From assembly GCA_964187785.1 (NCBI GenBank), contig OZ076409.1:91266001-91330000 (forward strand): a stretch of 64,000 nt of DNA, read 5' to 3'. The notes below the pieces were generated by a model. That model saw nothing but the letters and a program-made list of their open reading frames with translations, was not told the DNA's origin and ran no database searches. A program made the position numbers and the translations under genes. The stretch is from Amphiscolops sp. MND2022 (lineage: Eukaryota). This document shows positions 35,171 through 50,148 of the stretch, in pieces. Every line of letters starts with the position of its first letter. Position 1 is the stretch's first letter.

Positions 35171-38100
35171 TGTATGGAAATTCGACTGAGGTACAGTATT
35201 CTTTTGAAATAATGCAATTCTTTTGCTCATAATTCCATAAGCTTGAACTCGAATCCAAATATCTTGAAAATTGTCAGCAATGTAAAAAATAGCTAAAAAG
35301 GTTACGTAGGTGTCTAAATCAAAAGAGATCAGCAGGTTCAGGAGAAAATATGGAGTTTCCGAATAACAGAGGTCCCTGAAATTGCCCTGAACTTTCAAAA
35401 TATTGTTGTATGTGAAAAAAAAGAATAATTTGACCACTGGGTTTTGCTAACTGACCTTGGCAACTGGGCTCTAAAAAGGCTGTTTCGCTGTAAATTTTAT
35501 CATATAAACTTGTGAATGTATCGTGTTTGTTCCAATGGTTTGTTTTTCCTTCGTCAATGAATTCATTCTAGCGTTGCGGGATAAAAAGGTCAGTGATACG
35601 TTAATGGGGAGTGAAAGAAATTTACTTTTAAATGTCAAGAAGCTTGAACTTTATGAAGGATCCTCGCAACAAAAGTTTCTTTTTTCGTTTGGGTACATCG
35701 TTAAAAAGTATCTTTCGACCCAATTACGAAATTAATTGCATTCGAACAACATATCCCTGGGAAGATTTCTGCTTCTTTCCAAATGAATTGATATCTCCAT
35801 TTTTCAAATCATTATAATGTATTCATTGACTGCAGTGATACAAATAGAACGACAAGCATTAAACAAAATCGCGCCGTGGAAGTTTCCATGGTTTTCAAAT
35901 CGAAGTCGACGGCTATTCATTAAGAATATTACCATACCGGTATAGCTTGATATTTAACATAATTTTTTCCTCACCAAAATGTCCTTGTTTGGAAATGTCG
36001 AATGATAGCCATACTTCTGCAATGAAATTAATAATGTATTGATAATGTATTAAATTTTGTTATTCATATATCTCAATTTCATACGATGGAAAAATTATTA
36101 ACTCGCCAGGATTGGGTCGGCCGATTTTGTGAAAAAGCTTTCTGAATATCACAGTAATATCACGGCCGATTTTGTGAAAAAGCTTTCTGAATATCACAGT
36201 AACTAGTTTTTTCGTCAGGTGATGGAATTTATCTATTTGAATGGTCTTCTGAACAGACTTCATTCACGCCACTTACTTGACCCACCATTTCGAATGGTGT
36301 TCAGGAGGAGTCAGCTGAAAGCCGTGTAATCGAATCCTGCGCGGGACTGAAATTTAAACACGAGCAAAATTTATGATAGCAATTTTAAAGTAGATCAAAG
36401 TGTCCGACTCTTGGTTTTCATTCAGCACCGTTTTTACAAGCTCTGAAGGGTCCCCGATTTTCCAGAATTTCTCAAACCATAATTATACAAACGAGCGCTT
36501 TTTGAGTTTTAAACTAGCACAGACTTTAGACGGTCCGATGTTCTTTTCTCTAATTCTGCCATGTTCGAATTTTATACTCCAACAAAATTCAGCTCCCAAA
36601 AATTAGGTCTTGAGTAAATGTATTATTTCGTTTTTAAAGAAAATTCCTAAAGCACCAGATTTCCAAAAAATGCAAAAATTGCCACATTTTTCAAAGAATG
36701 ACGATTTATTGCTATTTTCGTACAGTTTGGAGAAATTTTGTGAATATGAGTATCCACAGCGTTCAAAGACTCAACAAATTGCTGCTTGACACGCTTTCAT
36801 AATGGAGATATGGGGTGTTTCTATTCAAAAAGTTCTCCAATGACTGAAAATTGCAACTTCCTCAAACTTTTTTGAGCAAATTTGGAAAAATTTGGAAAAT
36901 GTTCTGACTGCTGGAATCGAATATCAATATAGTTAGGCTACCTAGCACACTTTTGACAGAAATTCTCATTCTTTTTTAGGTCCAAAGTGCTCCGAAACTC
37001 CAAAACTCCAAAAAAGGGGTTAAATTTACTTGAATATCAGCAGGTTGAATTTTTTTGAATATCAGCAGGTCTTTTTCAGTTTTTTGTAACGGTTTTTGAT
37101 TTTCTGTAGATTGTGTTACTACATGCTTCTATGGGTTAACCTTACAGAAAGAATTTGGAATTCATCCAGACTTTTCATTATTTTGTGGACTTAATGACTA
37201 AAGCATGAGACACTCCCAACTCGTAGTTCATCTGGTCAAACTTTTCCTCAGTGGAAAGGAATACAAAAATACTTTCTTTAGCATTTTGTAGTTCCTGGAT
37301 TCCAAACCAGCTCCTCACGGAATCAATTAATCTGAAATGGAAAATATTAAGCTTGCAAGTTACTTGCAAGGAAAGTAGATGTCTTGCAAGATGGTGTTTC
37401 GATATCTTGCAAGTTGTACATCAACTTGCAAGAATCTTGCAAGGTTTCTATAGTCTTTCAAAAAACTTGCAAGAGATCTATTCTTCGCAAGAAACTCGCA
37501 CGATTCTCGCAAGCGTTGTATTTTTTTCAACTAGGGTTATTACTAATAATTATAAATAATCTTAGATTAAATGCTGGCGTAAGTGGAAGGTTAAAGAAAG
37601 TTATACCAATGAGGCAGAAAATTGTTGCGTTTTTCAAATTAAAACATCACCCATGGTGTGATAGTGGTACTTCTGGTTTTTGAACAGTTTAAGGAAATAA
37701 CTTGAAAGTGAGATTGGCTGAAATGGAACTCCGGGTTGCAATCAACAGCACTCCACCTGCGGACCACAGCGGTGGCATTTGGCCACCGATAGTTCGAACG
37801 GTACCTCCTCCACTGGAAAACCGTTATATTAGATATAGAAAACTATACCCTCCTAAATACAGATACCTGGAAGGTACCCTGGATTTGAAACTGCAGGAAA
37901 GATCTGAATCAAAGAGGAACGAGGATTTCAAAACAATTCAAAAGATCTCCCTTCCAGAAATAATATGACTTCAAGGAGGGATAGAAAGACCTAGTCTAAA
38001 TTCTGGGAATATGATCTGAAAATCGAGTGAATTAGGTGTTGAATTAGAATATTCAGATCATCATGCTGCGGGAATCAGCTCTGAATCTTGAATATTTTGA

Positions 38101-40133
38101 TGGAGTACTAACCAAACAGAGATCTTCCAAATCTAGGCCATTTCCATGCCGAACACGTTTAAAAATATTAACCGAAATGCAAAAAGTTCCACCTGTTCAA
38201 CGGCTTGATTAAACGACGAGAAGTGTCCTTAACGCTACCCGGGCCCTTTAGGTAACCTTCTGAAATTAATAAAAATTCCTTGTTATCCACAAAAAACATG
38301 CATTTTAAAAGCATGTGAGTGAAAAAAAGTGAGTGTCCTCAGGTGGAAAGGAGACTTAACTTGCAAAATTACCTCCAACAGTGGTCACCGGTGGGCTGCC
38401 AGTTTGGGAACTGCATTGGTTAAAAAAGCATAGGACGAAATATCCTGATTTCTATTACAAATGATCTGACAGTGACATAAAATCGGTAACAAGGTAATCA
38501 ACGGAATATTCAAATCATCGAACAAAATTTATTTGGAGTTTTTCATTTCTCGAAGGTACATATAGGACTTGTGATTTGCTATGTACACTCCAGAGCAATT
38601 TAAAGCAGCTCTTGGACCCTCTTTCATTTGATAAAAGTTTCAAGAGTTGTTTTAAATGATATGATTATATTTCTGACTTGCGCAGTTGAACTAAGTACAG
38701 TTGCAAGAGTCCAAAAAATTAATGGTACATTGAAGACTTACAGCAACAATCGACGAATCTTGAAAAATATAAAAGAATCGTATTTCTTCTCACTTGTTTC
38801 TCTGGTTGTACATTTTGAACACTTTTCAACCGGTAGACACATCAAAGCGAATTGTCTGCTGTCAAAGAGTTGCCGAAGATGAAGAGATCGTGATGAAGAT
38901 TTTACAAAATCATGAAATGTTTAACAGTGAAACACCCTTACGTGAAGATATGATACGCTTGCCAAGATCCATAGCTATATCCTTAAGTAACTACAGTCAA
39001 CAAGATATCATCAACTGACCGTGGTATTTTCCAAGTTACCTTAGTCATGCAAGATTATGCCAAGCCTTCCATGCTTCACCATGATTTTGGGGTAAAGATA
39101 CCAAGATGATTTTTGATGATATTGACAAAAACTAACCAACGTTAAATAGTAAAATTCTATAATGCCCGTTTCGTAGCTTAAGAAACTAAAGGAGGAAGCG
39201 AAAAAAGACGGCGGACAAGTGAAAAAAATGAACGCAAAAATAGAAAAAAACCACAGGTTCAGGAGATGTTCAGTCAAAGCGTTGCGAGAAACGAAAGTGT
39301 TGAGGCAAACAGAACCTCAAGAGAGATGCGATCTCTTGTGGTTAGATAAGTAAGTTAATGTCTTATCTTAGACAAAAACAACGCGCGAAAGAAACAAAAG
39401 CTTCGCGATTCTTCAATGAATCGAAACCGCCCGGTAAAGTTTTGCGCGCAAAGATTTCACACAACCTAAGAACAAGCTTAAGAACGTAGACTTAGAACTT
39501 GGGCCTTAGCTACGCTCGATGTTGATGTGAGGTCAACTTAGCCGCTCGAAGAGAACCAAACACTAGAACCACTCAGTACTGTCCATATCTTGTGAAAGTT
39601 ATGGGGTCCCGCTGTGAGTGAACGGAGTTTCCTCAATGTTTCCAGTGAAGGTTCTCTTGCCTTAGAGTCGTCAGCGAAAGAGAAGAGTGGGGAAGGTGTC
39701 TTAAGTGAGCAAATCCCGGTGCTTGAGTTGCTTTCAGAAAGTTCCCTATTTGATCGGAGATCAGTGAAAGTTCTGTGTTTCTTGATTTGCGATTCCGACT
39801 AGGGAAGGGAAGCTGTAGCCAAGAACTTCAGAGAAGCATAGCTAAACGAAACTAGGCTATGTGGCAAGTTTGAATTGAAAATGATGATGAGATCATTACA
39901 ATTTCCCAACATCAAAGTGACAGTTTACATTTAGCATATTGAAGATTTGGAACCCGAAGAATGAAGGTTCTTTACAGCATGAAACAATGGTAATTCAAAC
40001 AATCTAGGTTTGAAACCTAGGAATAAAAGATTGTTTGTGATTGAAGGCATTTCCAAAGTTTCAATTGTTTCAAGATTACATATGCTAATTATTTCTTCAG
40101 CTGTGAGTATTGCATTAGCGATTGCATCAGCCA

Positions 40134-42459
40134 ACGTCCATTTTGTGCAAATCACAAATGAAAATGAATACCTAAAACGAAATGAACTAAAATGATTTCA
40201 CGCATTTCCACTAAGACGTTTATGCCACGTCCAAGTAAAATCATTCCCCATCTGAAATCCAAATTATTACTTGCCTTGGAATAAAGATCATAAACTAATG
40301 TAGATGAAAATCATACCAAGATTATCCCTGAAAAAGAACATAAACACATCTGAAATAGCAACTACATTGAGATGGCACGCTGCAAAAATTACGCCTCCTC
40401 TAAAAAGAGGAAGCTTAATCGCCTTTGGACAGTAATTAATGCGGATTAGGACGATGCTTAGTCGTTAAGTAAACAAATATGGCGGTAAATGCAAATATTA
40501 CTATACTTGTGACGTCAGCAATACGTCACTAGATAGGCAGCTAGCTATAAGTATTCCAAAATCCTCGACGGTATTACGTTACGCACTAGCTTGGCAGCTA
40601 GTCAGAATTTCAATCCAAAATACTCGTCAGCATCTCATCGAACTTGGCGGCTTGACAAGCTAGCTAAGAAAACTTGTCAACGCTACGTCGCAAATCCATC
40701 AAAGTAGCTGTTTTAATCCATTCAAAATAATGGAAAGAACGCATCTCTAACAAAAATGATGCAAGGAAAAATCTTAATTTATGCCTAACTTAGCTGGAAT
40801 AAAAAACGAAACTTGTAGAACACGTCCATTTTTCATCAAACAGAAAACTGCCGAATTAAAATTGCGCTAATGTCTCATCTAGATGAAATCTCCCTGTATT
40901 TCATGAATGAATGTCACAGTTTATTTATTAGAGCGTGTTATGAACTCTTGCTTATGCAGTCTATTATAAACTTCAGGCATTATTTTGTACAATGAGACGT
41001 AGTTGTAACGTGTCAGACGATTTTAAACCAGTTTGTAATAATTATTTTAACTTTAATGATTTTTCCGAGAGTGTCACAGTGTTTTAACATGTGTTGAATT
41101 GTTGCTAAAGAAAATTGTGATGATGTTACGCCTTTTGAAATGTTTTTATAGCGTCGAGGCTGATTTGACGTTGTTGCCAAGTGTCTAATGAGTTTAACGG
41201 TGTAATTTGCTAAAATAACATTTTGATGATGGATCTCTATTTTAATACGGTATTTATTATTCTTTACTGTGCCCATATATTGATATTATGCTCCACTTAC
41301 ACGTTGTTGGGCTTAATTATTTTTAATATTTATAATATCACCAAAAGTTGATGTTGCCGTTTACTGTTCAATTGCGTTAATCTATATTGACGCTGTTACC
41401 ACGTTAATCCATAATTGTAATGATTGCGTTAATTTAGATGTTGAAGATTATGTATAATAATCTGTCCCAAAATTAGGTGCTTCCATTTGGAAACCAGTTT
41501 CTCTATTTTCCTAGCATCTCTGAATATTTCAAGCAAAGGAAATTAGTCATAATTTCCTTCAAGCAAAAATTCAAAATCAGGTATTAGTTGTTCACGTCAG
41601 CGTCATCTCCACGTCAATTTCCTACGAACCAAAGCAGCAAAACAGGGAATCATTTCCGGTTTGACCAATTGAAGTAAAATCTACTCTCTTGCTTGGCGGG
41701 AAACAAAAGGACGCCGGAATGAAATGATATGATCATGGTCCATGACTAATACTAGATCAGAATTGCCGTGACTTAAAATTAGACAAAATGTCACCGCGAA
41801 TTTGGAATCATAATGATTTGTGCATCAGAAATACAGGAAATGACTAATTGTTCATGGGAAATTAGAGATTTATTCGTGTTCAAATGATGCCAGGAGGGTA
41901 TAAATACGATGCATTTTAGTTGTTGAAGGAATAAGTCTTTTGTCTGTCTAGAAAACAGTGATTTCCGTAACCTCCGAATTCTTAACGTCTATCTCACTCT
42001 CATTTTGTGGAAATTCAACAATCAAGAATCAATTCAAGTAAAAATCCAAAATCTTGTCTTCGAAATGTCTACTACAAGCCAGAAGAGAAGAAATAATCAG
42101 CAAGAGAGCTATGAAATTGTTAGTGAAACGGTAAGTTCCCCATTCTTAGTAGAAAATGTAGGGTCTAATGACCAAGACGTCCAAATTGCACGAACTTCTT
42201 CAGCTAAATCCCCCAGAAGAGAATAGTGCATTAGAAGGACTCAGAGCCTCTTCGAAAGAGGAGATCGCTTTGAAATTGAGAAGTCTTTTAGCAGAATCCC
42301 AAAAGGAACTTTTGAAACTACTAAAATCTAAATAAAACGAATCCGTCAGAGAACAAGATGAAAACTCTTTGGAAAATGAACCTAGGGAGTTCTACACCCC
42401 AACAAGATCTGTAAGGATTAGCGCTACTCTAAACAACGACGCGAAAGTAAGTCGTAACA
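40134..42459 (+). repeat. Long direct repeat, copy 1 (~2.3 kb)
   Basis: Collinear with 54244-56727, from ACGTCCATTTTG to GTAAGTCG(T/C)AACA. Confidence 0.9.
41790..42459 (+). mobile_element. Solo LTR carrying a gag-N-like ORF
   Basis: TATA-like GGGTATAAATA at ~41897, ATG at 42065 (MSTTSQKRR), ends TCGTAACA. The start is approximate. Confidence 0.65.
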
Positions 42460-44924
42460 ATGTTGATACAGCAAAGTTCACCGTGACAGAAACGGCCATG
42501 TTGATACGTCAAAGTTCACCGTGACACTACCATTTCACTAAAATTTCAGCGTTTTCTGTGTTCGCATTCTCACAATTCATCTATAGTACCTTTATCACAA
42601 AGTGAACTTCGAACGTGATAACATTTCTACAGTACATTTTGACTTCCAATTAAATCAAACCGAGTGCTAGCTCGCATAGAAATTCGCATAGAATTCGCAT
42701 AGAAGGCCACGCATAGAAATTCGTTTTGAAGTTGGGCTGTGAAAACTGCTTCTTGATATATTTTATACATGCAGCCTTGATAAATATCATGCAAAATCTT
42801 GTAAGACTTGTCATGAGATAACATCATTTGGTCATGGTTTTAACGACTTCTTCTTCTTTAGTTCGCTTCGACCATGACGAGGGTTACATGATTTAACTAA
42901 GTTTACTAAAATCAACATGATTAAACTAAAGTCAAGGCAGGAATTCCTGAAAGGAAAAAGAACGCGGTAAAAAAGAACCCTTTTTAACGCAGTATCTCAA
43001 TGCATTTTTTCTATGAATTTAATCCTTCAAACCAAATGGGATTATTAGACTTGAAAAATTCGTTTCAGCTATAATCACCAGTTGCTTGCGAAACGAGAAT
43101 CTATTATCGGTTTCGAGATAAAAGTTTTTCCCGAGCTGATGAGAAAAATAAACACAAATACATAAACTGTAAACCGCTCTTTAAACATCATAAAGTTGAT
43201 TTATTCCTTCGAATGTAAAGATACAGAACTGAGCATTCAATCTGATTCCAAATTCGTGGTGGTCTAAATTTTATTGAGATAGTGCAGAGCAGAAGCATTT
43301 GATTCCTCCAAATTGTCAAATCAATTCATAGCTGGATTAAAATATGGCACTTCTTCCACTTTTGTCGTACTTGTCGTAGTTTATTCAGTGGCGGTTACCA
43401 GTTATTAGTTTACCACTTTCACGGAATTGTACCGGAAATGCCCTCTTTTAAAAGTTACACCTCAAAATCATCTTAAAATGCGAGCTCTAGTTAAGACTGT
43501 GGAAACGTTTTATATGCTGAAGGCGTGTGCTGTGTAACTTCATGGAACCTTGGAAATTCATTGAGCTTCCGGCATTAAACCTGGAAGGACTACATAGCAG
43601 TTTCCACTTTTACAATTAACGTAGCAATTTGTCACAGTGGGTCTCGACTGTTATTAAGGGCATCGTTCCACCACTCCCTTCCTTAAGAATAGGCGATCTT
43701 TGGTCGACAACTTTTCTGACTAAATCTGTTTTAGTTCTGTCAATCGACGGTCTAACATGTTTATTCCTGCTTTCAACCGAACAGTTCTATGTTCGATCAC
43801 TGGGTCGTTCTGTTCCCTAGCATTCAAAACATCGCGATGGGAATTACTCGTGTTTTTCCGTACTTCGTCGTAAGGCAGATTGATGGTTCAGTCGAAACTG
43901 TTGGCCCCGAATACTCTTGAATTTGCTAAAATTTCATAGTTTTCCCACTAATGCGTTAAAACTGTTGAAAAGGGGTAGGAGATAAGAGTTTTGTTGAATT
44001 TCCGTTAGGTGCGAGTTTAATTTAGTATTGTCAACCAACGACGTTGGAACTACTAGAGATATAGAATTAATTTACAGTGAGTAAAACTGAAGAAAATTGG
44101 TTAAACAGAGTGGTGATTGGCAAATTTAACTTCGTGCTTTTCCGATCATGTCATTCAACTGGTGGTTAAGTTAGGTATAGTAGTTTTATTTCTAATCTGG
44201 TTCAGCACCTGCGTGGTAATTTTGTCACTTTGGGTCACGTAACAAGTTTTCGTCGTTATCATACGTAGGGTGATAACGCACTTTAATAATTGAATTCATC
44301 ACATAACGACATCTAGTGTTATTTATTCATATAATTGTACAAAATGGCGCTCTCAGGCCTACTCCACCAAGGTTTCGCAATATGTCTGTTGATTAGTTTC
44401 ACCGCTCACCGACATCGTGGTCTAAACAGCGTCGTTTGTCATAAAGTCGTTTGTCATTCCCTGTTTGTTGTCCCTTATTATTAGTTATTGATGATTGCTT
44501 TTTCGTGACGCAGCAATGTATACGACGTCAAATGATTACTCCAAACTGTCAACTCATGAAAAAAGCGGGGAACAAAATTAATGGTTCGTACAAAACTGTG
44601 AAGTCCGATAAAAATTTAGCATCGCTGAATTGCATTGAAGAGTTCCTGTTTTATCAAAGAACCTTTTTCGTTTCTCATTGTCTCTGAGTTGATTTTCTGA
44701 CGTACTCAAGATTCAGGTCTGACAGAAATAAGTGTCACTTGTTCCCGACAAAATCACGTTGTATTCACAGCTTGATTTCTCAAACACGCATACTGAGTAA
44801 TCATCGCTAAAGATAACGCCAGTTTGCTCATTATGTAACGTCAAGCTAGCAGCGTACATACTAGAGCTGGGACAGTGCCTAGGTTGCTTAGACAGGAGAC
44901 CATGGTCTTACTACAAGCCTGGAG

Positions 44925-45105
44925 ACTAGTTTTTTCCCAAAACGATCTCCTGGGGGGATTTTTCAAACGTCAAGGAGGCTCCTCAAGTTAGAGCTCCGAG
45001 GCGACGTACAGGCACTTTCAAAGTCCGGACACGCTCCACAAGCCTGTAAAAACAATCCTTAGGGCTTCTGTGACCTACATACTTCCGAGGTCCAAAAAAC
45101 GGTGT
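44925..45105 (+). repeat. Interspersed repeat; second copy at ~48012-48192
   Basis: GTCAAGGAGGCTCCTCA..TTAGAGCTCCGAGGC..CCACAAGCCTGTAAAAAC..CCTACATACTTCCGAG is present in both copies. Confidence 0.85.
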
Positions 45106-48100
45106 TTAGTTAAAGTATATTTGTTTGACCAAATTCACTGAAAATACAGGATCTAATAGATCGTACAATCCCAAAGACCTGAGATAATGCACCGTTGAGG
45201 AAATTACTGCCAAAAAACACGGACTCAAAGGCACACCGAGACTTTGACTTACGTGATACTGTATACCCGATAAAATACACATTGCAGTTTCCGGGATTCC
45301 AGGCACAACTAGGTGATTTTGGCATTTCTGGACGTTTCTTCCCGTTGCAGTCGTCTTGTTCGGGATCCTCAGAGTTTTAACGGGGTGTATTTGGTTTCCA
45401 TTTGGAAGCTGCTGGCGGGGTTATTGTTCTTTGCTGCTTTTGGTGCTTTTTTGTCTTCCTGTATGACTTCAAGTACCTGCCAGGTCGGGCATTTTTATTT
45501 TGTGCGGCACTTCGGAATTTTGGTAAAGTTCTGGCAGGTGTTCTGTGACAACTTGTCACCTTGAAGGCTGCAGGACGTTACATTCTCTCCGAGCCGTTGT
45601 TTGTTTGCAAATGAGAGTGGACGTTCACCGTCTTGGATGTCATCTTCCAGTGATACTGTTTCATCATTATTGTACTTCATGAATCCAAATAATAGGTGCT
45701 GTCCGAAAAAAAGATGGGATTTTTCTACAAACCTAGCAGGATTTGTTGTAGCACTGCAATGGCATAAGCAACTTGAGACACTTAGCATTGTTTTGAAAAA
45801 ATTTTCAAACGTTTGATCTCGCACCAAATTTTCAAGCACTTTTCGTTACGGCAATTGTGTAAAATGCATCTAACACAACAGGTTTGGCTTTAACATGGGG
45901 GCTTAATTGATAAGTGAGGTTTAGCAAATGCACAATAGCACTTAAGGGCGTAAAGTAACAGCTGTGATATTGAAAAACTGTCGTAATGCTTGGCAAACAG
46001 AAACTGCATACTGATTAGCACCAATAGGGAAACAAAAATCTTGAAGCAACGAAAATAGTACAAATCGAGAGGATCCAATTGTGTATTGTGCTGAAAATAA
46101 AGGTTGAGTTCGAATTTTTGTCCTTCTGCTGTGTGATTAGGATCCGTTTCTGTCACTGAACATTGGGCGGAAAATGCAGAACAAGAATTGACAATATACT
46201 GCAAATTTTTGTGACACGTTTACAAGTGACAGCTGTAAGTTATAAAGCATCAGTGTTCAGGTAAAAGATACTAGTATTTTGCATTTTTCTCCACAGAATG
46301 ATTAAGTCATAAAGATTGTAGACTAGTACCAACAGAAGTTAAAAATCAGCCGTTGGAGTAGATCGTGAAAACAGTGTTTGGCATCAAAAACAGTTCCAGG
46401 GCAATCAATCGAGTTTGAAAAAAACGAGTGTTGACCAACCAGTTTTAGAGCTTCTATGCTCCGGGTCTTTTGTCGTGCTCAATGTTGATTCTTTCGGGAG
46501 GGTACAGGTACACCCCGGACCAATCTCTTGTCCGGCGTTCTCACATGGACTTTTTTTTACAAATACTAAAGACTTTTTGTTTTTACTGGTCAATCTCATT
46601 CAATCCTTTACTCGTATTGACGAAATAACGACAAGGGGTAGGACGGAACTTTCAGGGCTCTTGACTGTTTTTGGAGCTTTGAGGTTGTGTCTATCTATCA
46701 TTTCTTGGGCAAGAGTAGTCGGCTTTTTTGCCTCTACTCTCGGGATGAGTTCACTGGCGTAGAACAACAGTGTGTGAAACAGATATTGTTTTCTACTAGT
46801 GGGAGAAAATGTCTGAGGGTGTTTTAGGTTCTTGTTCGTTTCTAATCAACTCAAGACGCTAAGACAAAAGTTCTTGAATGTACACTTCGCTTTATTCTAC
46901 GTTTTGTCTATCCACAGGCTATGTGGTTAGTCTGCAAAACAGTTTTGGTGCTTTGAATGAACTTAAGGTGATTGGGAAAAGTGATCACCACGTTCCGCGC
47001 ACCGAACATATTTTATGATTCGTGCTGCCCACTCTTTGGAAAGCACAAGTTAAGGTATCTGGACAAATCAGTGATTGAGGATAGACCTTGGGGGGTGTGT
47101 AGGTGTGACGACAATGAGTTGTAAGGTTTTCCTACAAGTACCATCGTTGTACGATCAAGAAACACGTTCTTTTTCCAACAATATTGTTACTTTTCTTCTT
47201 GTTGTTCTGTCTTGAGACGCACTGAGTAGCACGGGTGTCTAGGTTGTTCCCGCATTTACTCGCGCCTTTCATAGTAAACTTTGTGCAATTTTCAATCGAA
47301 TTTCGCCAAATATGCTGTTTTTCAGCCAAATTGCACGTTTGACAAAAGGCCAAACTCACTTCTAACACTGTTCCAAGTACTACTTTAGCTGGATTGCGAG
47401 GAATCGTGCTAAAGGCGACTACACGTGATTACAGTGGCTCAACAAATTTGGTGTGAAAGACCGAAGTTTGCGATTTAGCAACAAAAACTGCTAATGTTTT
47501 TTGATGTTTTCGCAATTTACCTGAATATTTTTCTGTTCCTGACTTGATAGGTCTAATAAAACTGTTTTATTGATTTCCCACCAGCCGCACCCTCTTCTGA
47601 AAAACTTTGGTTTTCAAAAGTAACAAGATATAGGGTGTTATAACTATGCCACCACATTTTTTACCAACAAGATTTCTTTCTCAGTTTGTATTAATGAGGG
47701 TACGCCTGGGATAAACCTCGGGGGCTGCTAAATACAGAGGGGACAAAATGACGGAGTTGATTCCGGGATGCAGTATTGACTCAGCGGGTCAAAAAGGTGT
47801 GATATTGTACGGTGTGATACCCGTCCGTCCGAACCTGTGGGACCTCCAGCAATCGTCTTGACAGCTTTAGTAGATTAGGTAAGAGCTGAAACCATGCTCC
47901 AGAGCCCTTAAAAACAAAATTCGGTTAAGCCAGATGTGAATTTTTTACAGGTACTAAACCGTCCAATAGGTTACTTTGCTATCAAACGTCATTTTTTCTT
48001 GCCACACCCCGGATTTTTTCTCCCAAACTGTCTCCTGGGTGATTTTTAAATGTCAAGGAGGCTCCTCATTTTAGAGCTCCGAGGCCACTTGTCGGCACTC

Positions 48101-49489
48101 TCAAATTCTGGACTCGCCCCACAAGCCTGTAAAAACACTTTCTAGGGTTCCGGCGATTTCCTACATACTTCCGAGATCCAAAACCAGTGTTAGTCTATAG
48201 TCTTCAAAATCCTTAAAAAGTAAATAACCCACCTTGTTTTCTTAAGTTGTAGCACGACAGTGTATTAAGGCGGAAGAATTTTTAACAAACGTAAGCACAA
48301 CGTGAAACATTCAAAAATAATTTTTAGACAAAAAAACTTCCGGTCTAATGTTTTCACACACAAAGCTATTTTCTATTTCCGGTTTTGTCTTCTGAAACTT
48401 CCATACTAATCTAAATACTGAAATAAGAACATTTTCTAAAGTGGGATCATTTCTTTATTCTCCACACTTTTTTGAAACATTGAAAGTAATATTTAGGTCC
48501 GAGATCCCAGCGGGGTTCATACAATCTAAGATGAAAAGAACATACAAAACAAAATAGTGGAATTGTTTGCTAGTATTAAAAGTATTTGTCAATATCCACT
48601 TAAAACCTCAGTCAAGTGATTTTAACTAAATGTTTACAAAGATATGACAGCGTCACAAAACTAAGCTAATAACGAGTGTTTCTTATTTTACGGACCAATG
48701 GCGTCGCTTCGCAACTGAATTACTTGAGATCAAGCTAATAGAATCGTGCTTGGATGCCCCCAACTAGCTAAGAGATAGAGAATGAAATCGACCAAGCTCT
48801 CCGCTTTCTCTCCGTCAGCCACCGTTGTTCAACTATAACTAATATTAATACGTACGGAGCGCTTACGGAGCGGATTGTAAAGATTAAGATTAATCTAGTT
48901 CTTGATGGTATATTCTAAAATGCATGAAACCATTACGGAATAATTAGAATTTTTCGGAATAAAGGTCATATCGTACCGAATAGTTCCCGTCTTACTAGAA
49001 ATGATTAAAATAGTCGTGCTGCAGGTTAAGACAAGGAAAATGGTTAAATAAGTGAATTGTGATCTATTAAAATGTTGCTCTTCTTCTTACTTTAAAAAAG
49101 GTGTTCTGGACTTTGTTATTTTATTATGTTGTGACTAGATAATCTGCTCATTATATTCTTTGTACATGTAGAGTTAACTCAGATTAGCATTACGTTATGG
49201 AGCATGAAAATTCAACCGTTAATCTGTATTCATCATTTTCTGGCATCGTTTGTTCCTTCCATAATGTGGTTCGAATATTTTCAGTACACTTGTTTAAATT
49301 TCTCCGTAATATCTTCGGAGTTATTTTTGCTTGTCATTCTTTTACCGCGAAAAATTGATTCTTATAGTCCTGCGCTGAGTTCACGCCAACCTGCTTTCGT
49401 CGGTAGAAATCTTACTTAACTTTCATTTTGCCGCCTTTTCCCGATTAAACCGGAAATGAAATTGTTGAACAAAAATGACTTCAACAAGT

Positions 49490-50148
49490 GCTCCGTGAAG
49501 GAGTCGCGACTAGGAGTTTTTAGTTGTGAACTAATGACCGAAGGACTGAAATAATAACGATGATTAAGCATTTTTTATGAACAAAACCGATTTTAAGGAA
49601 TCCTAGGAATTTTTAGGTGAGGAACAAATGATGCTAGGAAAGTATATATACTCAGGATTTTGTAAGAAAAATTCATTTCAATTTCTGTTGCGATTATACT
49701 CCGTTTGAAAAAAAAGTTTTCTTTGAAGAATTTCAAGTTTCCAAAGAACTTTTCTCTCGTCCTAAAATGACTACTAGAAGCCAGAAAAGGAAAGCTGTAG
49801 AAGAACTAGTTTCTGCTGAGATTGAAACTCCTCTAACTGGAAATAGTCAAAATATAAACCCCGTAGCAGCAGACGAGCAAGTCTCCTAGAGTGCAAAACG
49901 AAAACCTGGAAGAAATGAAATCCACCCTTAGGAAAGAGATAATGTCTGATCTCACCAAAATCTTAGCCGAAAACCAAAAGGAAATGTTGAAACTGATTGC
50001 CCCTGTAGCTAAAAAACAGTCTGCGTTAACTGTTCGTGAGGAAACTGACTCTGAGTCCGAAAACGTTCAGGCAACTGCGACCTCAACACCTATCAAAACT
50101 AAAACTACTGCGACTAATCATAAAACAACTCCGGTGAATAGTCTAACA
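49490..50148 (+). mobile_element. Solo LTR carrying a gag-N-like ORF
   Basis: TATA-like element at ~49642, ATG at 49767 (MTTRSQKRK), SKSPRV..LRKEIMS..ILAENQKEMLKL, ends GTCTAACA. The start is approximate. Confidence 0.65.

Noticed and set aside
36275..36355. tRNA gene candidates (also ~59985 and ~60225-60260)
   Set aside because: Only B-box-like motifs are present and there is no complete cloverleaf. At most these are SINE-like remnants.
39280..39900. Possible additional minus-strand solo LTR with a Ser-rich ORF
   Set aside because: Only a TCGCAAC-like end and composition support it. There is no alignable partner in the window.
45100..47400. Fragmentary coding-like minus-strand sequence
   Set aside because: No recognisable motif. 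It is probably a decayed element, but I cannot assign it.
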